64,000 nucleotides of DNA. Source: Psilocybe cubensis. Its lineage: Eukaryota. The DNA lies in assembly GCA_017499595.2 (NCBI GenBank), contig CM039001.1:2046001-2110000 (forward strand), given 5' to 3'. The translations under genes were made by a program, and so were the position numbers. The notes below the pieces were generated by a model that was given only the letters and a program-made list of their open reading frames with translations, was not told the DNA's origin and searched no databases. How positions within the stretch are numbered: the first letter of the stretch is position 1; the number at the start of each line of letters is the position of its first letter. Positions 42,584 through 53,900 of the stretch are shown here, piece after piece.

Positions 42584-45515
42584 ATGCCTCCGCGCAGGCG
42601 TCAGCAGTTCACACAGGACAACATTGACCAGCAGCTCCAACAGATTCACCTATTGGATCCTTCTTCGTCTTCAGAGAACCTCGAACAGCTCGGTCCTATC
42701 ATCAAGCAGATTCACACCAACCGCCAGCAGGATGCGTATCTCAGGACTGTGCAAGCCCTCATTGACTCGAAAGATGCAGAGATCGAAAAGATATGTAGTG
42801 ACAATTACCAGGACTTCATCTCTTCCGTGTCTACCTTGTTCAAAGTCAAGTCTTACACCGACAGTATGAAAGAGAAAATCACCTCATTGGATGCCAGCGT
42901 TGCCCAGTTGGGGGGCGGCCTGGTCGAAAAAAAGCGTGCGTTGCTGCAGACAAAAAAGACCGCTGCAAACTTGGATGAGGCCATAGATACCCTGCAGGCA
43001 TGTCTGCGTGTTCTCGACGTCGTCGACCGTGTTGGTGAGATGATCAAGGCAGGCAAATACTGGAGTGCCCTGAGGGTCTGTCATTTACACTGTTATTGTC
43101 GTATACAATTTGCCAATCTATCGTATCCAATTTTCAGTCGCTCGAAGATATTCAGAGTATGCCTCCAACCTCTTTGTCGCAAACTCCATTTTTCCAACAC
43201 TTGTTGTCTTCATTACCCTCTTTACGTGGCCAGATCAAAGACGCTGTCACTGCATCCATGAAACAATGGCTTTTGGAGATCAGAAACATAAGCACAGAAG
43301 TTGGTCGACTGGCTGTAGAAGCCATGGAGACAAGAACGCGACGATGGCGTTCTAGGCGAGAGAAAGATGTACTACTTCGGTCCAACAGAGTTGGTAGCGC
43401 TGTCGAATTGGTTACCTACGAGAAAATTGAGTGTAAGCGCAAACCTATTTGATTATGTTTGTCCTGTGGATTCTAACTTTGTCAAGTCAATGTTCTCGAC
43501 AATGATAAACTTCATGTCGATTTCAAACCCCTTTTCGAGTGTATTCACATATACACCACATTAAATGCTCTGAATGAACTCCAAAAATCCTACCAAGCAG
43601 ACAGAAAAGTAAGTAGACAACATGGTGTTTTTGTTCAATCCTGATATATAATATTACAGGCTCAATCCGATTTGATCCTTCCTACCCCGCTTCCGTTAGG
43701 ATCTCTATCCTCCTTAACACAGGAAATATCTGGATTCTTCATTGTCGAATCCCACGTGCTTGAGACTACAAATAACTTTCGTTCTGCACGCGACGTCGAA
43801 GAGCTGTGGGACACACTTGTCACACGACTGACTAGTGCCATTGGAAGTGCCTTGCGAACAGAGGCAGATCCGGAATCTTTCCTAAAAGTGAAAGAAAGCC
43901 TGCTAAGCTTTATCATGACATTAGAAGTGCGTACGACCACGTCATTTATATCAAACTTCTTCAAATTGTAATCCAACTTTATCAGGCATACTCATACTCT
44001 ACCGCCAGTCTTCAATCCTTTATACTTGTTTTGTTCGAGAAGTACGCCAAGCTATTGGAAACACAGTTCACCAAGCGATTTGAAGTTGTATGTATAAAGT
44101 TCACGTTTCTGGATTTATAGTAACCATGACCGCAGATCGTCCGAGAAGATGAACATACTCCAATGGTAATAGGGCCCGAGGAGACTTTAGAAAGTATCTT
44201 GGATGTTGTCTGGTTAAATGAATCTGAAAGGGATGAATTAAAGCAGTAAGTCATGCTTCTTTCTGTTGTTGTACATTGCCTCATTAAAATCTTATTTAGA
44301 AATTCTTCTCAATCATATTTGCCGTGGTCCCAAACATTTTATTCTTGTTGCCAAGATGTGTGCATAGGCTCACACCTAATTTCTACTTGGCTCTGATAAT
44401 TTGTTTGTTTAGATCCGTTTGTTTATCCAGAAATTTTACGCATTCGTTGAAGGCGTATCACAACATCACCGTGATATCGATGAACTTTTAGGCAAAGTAA
44501 TTCATTTCAAGTATTTTACAAAGGAATGTCGCTGATCCTCTACAGTCTTTGGACTCACTGTTAAAGAAGAGCATCGGAGAAACAATTTTACAGCGTTTGG
44601 CTACCACACAGAACCCCGCCCAGATAGCCCAAATCATCGCCAACCTAGAGCATTTCCAAGTAGCCTGCAGTGAACTAGAGCGATCTTTGACGAATCTTCG
44701 GTATGCTGCCGTGAACATATTAACACCGACCTTCTAAAAGAGTATTAATAGGTCTACTCAACGCGGAGGCAGTATCAAACTTACCGCAGCGTCGTCATTC
44801 GATCCAATCATATCTCGCGCCCGTGCACGCATGTCAGGTCTTATCTCGTCAAAACTTGACCAATGTTTTGAACTGTCTGAATATGACTGGACACCAAATG
44901 CTCGCGAAACATCACCGAGCATGTACTTGTACGAACTAGTCAACTGGTTGACCACTGTCGTGGACTCCTTGGTAATCAAAGAAGCTTACAAAGAAGAAGC
45001 CTATAAAGGTGCCCTCGGTTACATTACGGACTGCTTAATGGTCCGTTCATCCACAAACCTCGCGGAAATGCAATCTAAAATGTGCATTAGGATTTTTTGA
45101 CAGGCCGGGACATCCCCATGATGAATGAGAATGCCATATCCAATATTCTCATCGATGTAGATTTTCTCGAAGACGAACTGAAGCGAATCGGCCGATCTCA
45201 TCTTTCCACAGTGTTCACTGAACTTCGCCTGGTGAGTATAATCACTGTTCACACTATATCACGTGAAAATTGATGTTAACCGGATATGACCAGACGACAT
45301 CCATCGCTCTCAGTGGGACTGTTCAGGAATACCTAGTCCCAGCGAACAGACATGCTTCATACGCTGCTGTTAAACCTAAGCGGTTACAAGCCTTGCTCGA
45401 AAAACTTGCACGGTATGGAGCGAACCAAAGAGATGCCCCGCGACGAGAAATTGGTGAACGACGCCGAAAGGAGGCAGAGGCAGTTGGCCGACTATTTCCT
45501 GGCGAAAACCGCTGA
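42584..45515 (+). CDS. SEC15: Exocyst complex subunit Sec15, multi-exon
   Basis: EQLGPIIK, EIEKICSDNYQDFISSV, VDFKPLFECIHIY, IAQIIANLEHFQVACSELE, FELSEYDW, DVDFLE. Confidence 0.92.
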
Positions 45516-45841
45516 GCCCTGACTTTGTAACTTTATGATACCAAAGACACCGATAGTCATCATATCTAACCACCTTATGGAGTGTAAACTGTAACATGTA
45601 AAAGATTTACCACTGGTCTAGAAAGGGGCGGTTTAGGGCTACATGCCTGAAGATCAAAATTTGGACGAAATGGACAAAGACAAGAAAAGAAAAAAAGGAT
45701 ATTGGAGCTAACTGATAAACTAGAGGTGGTGAGCTGAAAGCGACATAAACAGCGGTGAATACGTTTTCGGTATCGTGAGGGGATCGTGACACGTGTACAA
45801 CGCTAATAAGGTATTCAGACTGGAAAGCAAAAAAGGATTAT

Positions 45842-46665
<824 letters not shown>

Positions 46666-47295
46666 GATTTGAGAAAAAAAGGAGAATACGAGAAAGTGGA
46701 AAGGTGGAGGTGGAAGCTGAGGACAGCGAATGAGTTGAGGCAGAGCTTTGTCGTCTGTTTGCGTGGGACCACAATATTCAAGTTCCGCTATGGGGCAAAT
46801 AATTCACCGCCGTTTTTTGCTCTTTATACCAAATCTGCGCTCCTGCCACGTCTCGTCTGTCGTTGCATCCCACCGCAGCGGAGGCTGTCGTCTGCGCATT
46901 CAGCACACCAATACTCCTCCAGCGTCGACGACGGCCCCGCAGCTGCCACAACCGAGTCACTTGCATTCACACAGACTTGCCAATTATGTAGATACTGTGC
47001 CAAATATGCACTGCCTTTTTAGACTCTCCAATCCAAATCCTCATGAACCGAGTTCATATTTGGCAATATGCTCGCCCGCCAGTCTTTGTGGGCTCTTGTG
47101 GATCCTGTGCCCAGTCACTCTTCCAGCTCTTCGTTTATTCACCCCGATGGGCATACAAGCATGCGAGACAAAAGGCATAGTATTTGTTAAATATAATCAG
47201 TACATTCCGTTCAATACATAGTATGTCGACTGCAGTTAATACACGAAGCCATCCAGTCGATCATTTTTCGCCATGGAATTGAACCCATGTTTTTG

Positions 47296-47986
47296 TTAGT
47301 ATGGCAAGCCTGCAGCGCGAAGTCGGCGCTCTAGTTGGGTGCGCCAATTGACATAGATCCCATTGCTTCGCGATGGAGCGTACTGGCAGAGTTCAAACAA
47401 AACCAACTGCTCCTGGAAGCCGGGGTTTGGCCATATATGGTCCCGTGCTGCGTAAAATATGAGACGTTGTACGCGTCGAGTAATAGTTTGCCATACCAGT
47501 TCTGACAATATTGAGCGCCTGAGTAGAGTTGATGCGGCGCGAGTACATCACTGCAAAAAAAGTGGTGAGTGGACCATTGACTAGGTTGAGTAAAGGTCTT
47601 CTTACAATAAGCTGCAACAACTGCAGCGCTTCTGGAAATGCCTTGCACACAATGTACTAGGACAACTCCTCCGGAGGCAAGTGCTTGCTCAATAAAGCGA
47701 CATGCCGCCGGTAAGTGGATCAAAAGATCCGCGTAATCAACGTCTTCGATATTAATGCGTTGGTGGACGATGCCCGCTTCCGGAAGCTCTGCAGGTATAG
47801 GATCTGGGCAAACCGACAGAATATGAGTAATTCTGTTCTCTGCCAATGAACGCGTCGAACGCGCAGCCATAATGCTATAGAGAGAGACGTCGTCATCAGT
47901 CATCTCATCAGATAATTTGTGCAGAGCCACACTGACTTTCCCAGGAAAAGCCTGTTTTCGACAGCGTTGATATTTTTCCAGACCAT
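47296..47986 (-). CDS. Dual-specificity protein phosphatase (short DUSP12/YVH1-like catalytic domain)
   Basis: NRLFLG, ITHILSVC, catalytic VHCVQGISRSAAVVAAY, WPNPGFQEQL. Confidence 0.9.
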
Positions 47987-49066
47987 TTTAGATGAGTGTA
48001 GATCTTGGCTGAACTCGACGACTTGTGGTGGGTTTTTTGGATGGCATTCCTGTTTTTTCTTGCCCTTGTTATGTACCCGCCCAATACAAGGCGGAATCGT
48101 TGAATCCCGAATTATAGCGGAGGTACAGACATCCGTGACGAGCTCTACTCATTGCTACTTGCACTTAGAGAATGAGGAGACTGATGAATGCAGTGTCAGG
48201 TACTCTGCACATGAGATCACCGCAAGTACGATCTGTAAAGGCCAAGGCGGTGCTCAACTTCTCGTGGTTTTTCGTAATACCCACAAATAGCTGCTCCGTG
48301 CCTGCCGCTTATTTTACACGTGGGATCCCTATTTTGGAAATGCCTTCGGGATACCACTGAACATCTAAGGCGGTTGTATGGCGGTGTCCCCACGTTTTTT
48401 AAGATAACAACCATGAAAGTCCTTGTTCTGAGTCCGAACATAGACGCCCCTCGTTCTTCTTCGGAAATCTAGATTACCGGACTCTGACGTGAATCCTCGA
48501 CATGATAAGCGCCAATCAATTTACTGACCTCATTAATCAAGCAACAATTCCACAATTTCATCCGTTCAATAAGCAATGGAAGTTTGTGTCGCTTTTTCTT
48601 ATCTGCTTTGTCAAAATAAAACATATCTTCTCCGAGTCATTATGCAGATTTCGGAATTTCCTCATCGCGGTTCCAAAAACTTGGCTTGTGGGGGATACAT
48701 TGACATCTGCCAGCTCGCATTCTTGGAAGCTTGGAAAAAGTTGGAGAAATGATTGCATTTTCCGTATTGATAGACATTTGTGACTCGTTGAAATCTGGCT
48801 GTCATTGAGTTTATGTTAATGTATGATTCTAGTGTTTTGGGAACATGACCTTTACACGAGTAAACACCAAGAATTCAAGGCACGATATCATGACTGCGTA
48901 TTGAGTGGTGTATGCAACGAGGCGAGTTACGTAATGTCGACTGGCCATAAGTACCCCAGGCTATTAATGAATGTCAGCTGTGCGCGACATTGATCCCGAC
49001 AATTGCACTTCTTCCACAACTACCACCACACATCTTGCGGTCGAGTGAGGCCCAATAGTAATAAAA

Positions 49067-49656
49067 ATGAAGATAGAATGGTCTTCCAACGTGAGTTTTG
49101 GACAGCTATTCGCTATTGCGTGGATCCAACTTCACCTTGGTGACCCAGTCCTGACGCCACGTCTAGTTCTATCCAGATGGAAAGAGACGAAATCCTCCTC
49201 CTTCGACAATGCATGGATGGTTAGCGAAGATGAGAGGAACCTTGATAGGCAATGAAGAATTGCGATCGAAAGTAAGGCTTTTGTTGCGATGACATCATCA
49301 CGGTATAGGACTGAGAATGTGCGTTTGGGATATAGGGCATGCGGGAGATGAGAGCAGCCCATGCAGAACGACAACGCCAGGCCGCAAAGAAAAGGCAGCA
49401 CTCTGCTGGAACTGGAAGAAGCTTGTTCTCGTTCCTAGGGTTCGGAAGGAAAGCTGCCAGCAAGCAAAAGCAACACCGGTCAGACAGACCTCGAGGACCA
49501 CCACAAGGAAAAAGACAAGATTCTCAGAGTGCCCGACTGGTCAGGCCACCTTTGAAGCCATCGGGTGACACAAATCGATCCAGTCATCGCAGCAGTCATA
49601 AACATGGCTCACAGCAGACGCGCCCAAGTGGCCAACGTAGGTCAAGTCGACGATGA
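49067..49656 (+). CDS. Small basic hypothetical protein; exon structure uncertain
   Basis: Intron-like signals (GTGAGT ~49091, CTGAC..TAG) and an Arg/Ser-rich terminal ORF 49339-49656; no family recognised. Confidence 0.35.
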
Positions 49657-49977
49657 AGGAATGGTTTCGGGCATTAGATAAATGTCACGGACCTGTCAAA
49701 GCATTTATTGTATACTATTTTAATTTGTATGTGGACAGGATTTACAAAATGTCCATGGGATTCACTTTTCGTAGGTATTGGTGCGGATTGAATGTATTGG
49801 AGATGGGTTGAGCAAAAGAGTTGATCAAGGGATTTGGGATGGAGGGTGGTTTGGTGAAGAAACCGGAACCGCACAACACAGCATTGATCAGGTCTTCGGC
49901 GTCTATCTATAATAAAGCCAAAGAATGTGGTAAGCCGGATTACGTTATCATCTTGATTAGACTTTTAACTCAATGCG

Positions 49978-50229
49978 ATGCCTTATCTTGATCTTACTGA
50001 AATGGATCACACTACTCTACTATTAGTATTACTAATTCTAGTAGTTTTGCAAGCCATTGTACAGACAATCATCATTCGGATCACATTCGGGTCGCGCGGA
50101 CAAGAATCGGAGTACGAAATTCAAGGTCACGGAGCTCGAAATACTATCATTGACCAGACGTTCGGTTTGACCACTGATTCGGTTTACCCACCTTCCCGTG
50201 CTCCGTTTCTTTTGGAAATTGAAATCTAA
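49978..50229 (+). CDS. Possible small single-TM hypothetical protein (83 aa)
   Basis: ATG-initiated ORF with hydrophobic stretch LLLVLLILVVLQAIVQTIII; no other support. Confidence 0.25.
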   Translation: MPYLDLTEMDHTTLLLVLLILVVLQAIVQTIIIRITFGSRGQESEYEIQGHGARNTIIDQTFGLTTDSVYPPSRAPFLLEIEI

Positions 50230-50536
50230 GCTTGAGTGTATGGGCTATACATAATTCTACCTTTTTTTTGACCAGAAACGATGCAGAAATGAGAAAAACG
50301 AATGAGTGTTAAAAATTGATCGTTTTGCAACGCCGACAATGCCATCAAAACGAATTAAAGGGCGGCATGTCGGCGTATTGCGTTTCAAGTGCAATCAACA
50401 GGTCGCGTTGCGTTCGGAGTTGAAAATCTCACTGATGATCAGCCATCAAAACGAATTAGTGGTCAAACCGAACGTCTGGTCAATGATAGTAGCTGAGTCG
50501 AGCCTATCTCCAACACTGTTGATGTTTTATTCTCAC

Positions 50537-50913
50537 TGTTGAATTTCTAACCGTGCCTTCGTAATGCACGCCCTTTTCTTGAATGATTATATTTTCTTGT
50601 TGTCTTATTTCTCCGTGATGACCTCAGTTTTAGTCTAGACCGTACGTAGACGGGTGCACGCATGAACAATACGTACACCGAGTAGGTCCGCATGGCTTGG
50701 GCATTTGCCCAGCCATTTTCGTATCACATATACCAGAACAATTTCGTCTCAACTCCCCTCAGTCTATTCTACATTGACTGAGGTGAGTTGACCATCGTAT
50801 TTACTGTTTCCCTTCGTATATTGACTTTGTGTAGCCATTATATTTGTTCAATAGGTACTATACACGAATATAAGTCTATTCTACATTGACTGAGCCATTA
50901 TATTTGTTCAATA
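50537..50913 (+). repeat. 5' LTR (377 bp, TGTTGAA...TTCAATA)
   Basis: Direct repeat of 55761-56137 with one difference seen (T50828 vs C56052). Confidence 0.97.
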
Positions 50914-50925
50914 GGTTATGGGCCC
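50914..50925 (+). other. Primer-binding site GGTTATGGGCCC (internal/half initiator tRNA-Met type)
   Basis: Directly abuts the LTR end; matches the PBS type of Drosophila copia and yeast Ty5. Confidence 0.85.
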
Positions 50926-50980
50926 CGACCTCAGCCTATAATCAACGAGTAGACTCATTTCCCTTCACACCAACTTCACA

Positions 50981-53900
50981 ATGCTCTCTACAACGAAGCT
51001 AGGCGACGATTTCTTGCGCATTCCCAAGCTCGAGGCCACGGGCGCTAATTGGGTGGTCTATCGAGACCGTTTCTTGATTTCCATCGATGCACGCGGACTG
51101 GGAGATCACATCGACGGCACAGCACCTATGCCAGTCGCTCCATCGTTCTCCTCGTCCTCTGCACCGGCTCCCGCTGCCACAGGCTTGTCTACCACTCCTG
51201 CAACGACCCAGCCACCGCCGGCCCCGACAGTGGAACAAACAGCTGCGCTTGAGGAGTACTACAAGAAGTTGAAGGTGTGGAAGTAGGAGGAGGCCGTGGT
51301 GAAGCAGCAGATCGCTGGCACGATCCCGGACAGCCTCTTCTTGAAGATTCGCATGCTACCTACTGCAGAGATGATGTGGGCGGCATTGGGAGCGAATTTC
51401 CAGAACAAATCTCGCATGGTTTCGATTGACCTTCGTCGACGATTGCAAGAGGAGCGGTGTGGAGATAAGGGCGACGTGCGAGCGCATTTTGCGAAGATAC
51501 GCCTCATGCGCGAAGATCTCTCGTCCATGGGCTATCCCCTCGACGACCTCGAATTCTACACTATCCTCATGGGCTCCCTACCCGCTTCCTACGACTCTTT
51601 TGTCTCTGTCATCGATGCATCATACACAACAGTTATTGCTGCGCAGTATGCGAATACGGAAGACCCCCCACCACCGCCATCACCCGAAAACTTTATTTTA
51701 AGCGTCACCGACGAGTACGAGCGCCGGCTCCTTCGTGCGAAGGGCAGTAGCGGCAAGAAGGACAGCGAGAACGTTGCCTTTTACTCCAACGACTCAGAGA
51801 GAGGTCAAAAAGGAGGCTCGCGTCGGGACAACGTCGAATGCTTCAATTGCAAGAAGCGCGGTCACTATAAATCGGAGTGCTGGGCGAAGGGAGGCGGCAG
51901 AGAAGGTCAACGCCCTGGAAAGGGCAAGGGGAAAGGCAAGGGGAAGGGGAAAGCGAAGGAGAATGGGGAGAGCAAGGGCAAGGACAATTCATTGACGGGG
52001 GCTTCTTCGAGCGCTAAACACACGGCTGGAGCTGCCAATGCTGATTCTGACTCGGATGAGGCTTGGATGGCGAATGCTTTCGATGACGATTCGTATTCCG
52101 AGACCTCAGACACACCCTCCTCCTTCAATGACTTCGATTCCGATTTTATTCAGGAATTATTCGATGAAGCTGTTCCCGTAAGCGACACCGAAGCGTCTAC
52201 CGTATTGGACAATAGCAGCGACGAAATGCCAGGTCTCCAAAGCGTTTCTGAATCGTCTGACGACTCTGACGGTGATAGCCCCACGCTTGACTCAGTATCT
52301 GACTCCGACAACAATTTTTCGGATGATGACTTGAGCTCTGAGTCTGATGACGACGAGTTTATTATTCCCCCGCCATCGTTGAATCCTATCTTTGTCCAAG
52401 CGAACGCTCTTCAGGAAGACACAGCGTTTACGAGCAAGACACATGAGGAGCTGACCACTCCAATAGATGTGGAGCTTTATGATTCGGGAGCTACCCGACA
52501 CATGTCTGGTCTTCAACACTGTTTTATCAACTTCGTCGACACTCCAGAGAAGCCCATTTCCGCCGCTGATAACCGAACTTTCACGGCGACTGGCAAGGGA
52601 GACATTTGGATCACTATTCCCAATGGTGAGCAAGAGTCTCGGGTCCTCTTGAAGGACGTCCTCTATGCGCCGTCGATGCGCGTCACTCTCGTATCCATCA
52701 GTCGTATTGCTCTTGCCGGATCAACCTTGATTTTTCACGGTGAATTTTGCAAGATTTACGATCGCCATCGTCGACCGATTGGAAGGGTGTCTGTAAAGGG
52801 AGGACTGTATCGGGTCTTTACGCCACGCTCAGTTGAGCCAGAGGTTGAGACCGCGACCGCCGCGAAGGTGGAGGAGGTAATCTCACTTGATAAACTTCAT
52901 CGTCGACTGGGACATGTTTCGCACGAGCGAGCGAAGCGTTTGGTGGATAAGGGACTCGTCACTGGTATTCTATTAGACCCAGAAAGTGTCTCAACAATTT
53001 GCGAGTCCTGCGAGTGGGCGAAAGGCGAGCGTAGAGCTATCCGACGCGAACGCGAACGAGAACGCACCAAGGCTGTTGGCGACGAGATTTATTCGGATCT
53101 GTGGGGTCCAGCGCCAGTCGAAACGATTAATTGCAAGAAGTACTACATTAGCTTCACGGACGATTACAGCCGCTATTCTCAGCTCTATTTTTTGCGCAAA
53201 AAGAGCGAGGCGTTCGATGCGTATCGGTCATACGAGGCATGGCTAAAAACGCAAAAGGATATCCAAATCAAATCGCTTCGTACGGATCGTGGAGGCGAAT
53301 ACCTCAACGATGCGTTTACTGCCCATCTTGCACTCGCTGGAACCGAACGGCACCTCACAACCCACGATACACCCGAGTATAATGGCGTTTCGGAGCGCCT
53401 AAACCGCACCATTATTGCTAAAGTCCGTGCCATGCTTCATGAGAGCGGACTGCCCGATTTTTTGTGGGCTGAAGCAGCCCGCCACTCTGTGCATCTCAAG
53501 AACTGTTCCTGGACGCGCAGTCTTGGAAACACGACCCCCTTCGAAATATTTCATGGCAAGAAGCCAAACCTTGCGAATTTACACCCCTGGGGATGCAGAG
53601 TGCGAGTTTACGACGACAACAACAATAAACTTGCAGCGCGATCGAAAATCGGCCGCTGGGTTGGTTTTGACGATGAGAGCTTTGCCCATCGCATATATTG
53701 GACCGAGAAGCATTCAATTACTGTTGAACGAAACGTTAAGTTCAATTTTGATGAAGAAATATTCGTCGAGGCTGCACCACTCGAGGGGGAGCGTAAACCA
53801 TTTGTCGTGTAGACTCCGCCCGACGAACCACTTGCTTCCAACGATTCTCAACGCCCCAAGGTCGAGGAAGTCGACGAGGATGACGAGGACAAGCCAGAGC

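Noticed and set aside
46669-47221. ORFs 46669-47022 and 46748-47221
   Set aside because: They lack true ATG starts, overlap the ARF1 promoter, and have no recognisable protein features.
48091-48130. tRNA suggested by GTTGAATCCC
   Set aside because: The T-loop consensus is incomplete and no cloverleaf can be built.
48140-48260. Short hairpins around CTGATGA as a possible C/D snoRNA or hammerhead
   Set aside because: There is no suitably placed D box with a terminal stem and no GAAA core; short stems like these arise by chance.
50431-50460. Hammerhead ribozyme suggested by CTGATGA...CGAA
   Set aside because: No stem II follows CTGATGA, and the core reads GAAT rather than GAAA.
50761-50914. 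CRISPR-like repeat-spacer array in the LTR
   Set aside because: There are only two copies of two different segments in a eukaryotic LTR, and the exon/intron layout explains them.
51284-51286. Programmed stop-codon readthrough between gag and pol
   Set aside because: The TAG lies early in Gag, before the zinc knuckle, and the second TAG (53810) follows the integrase core. Neither is at a gag/pol boundary, so mutation is more likely.
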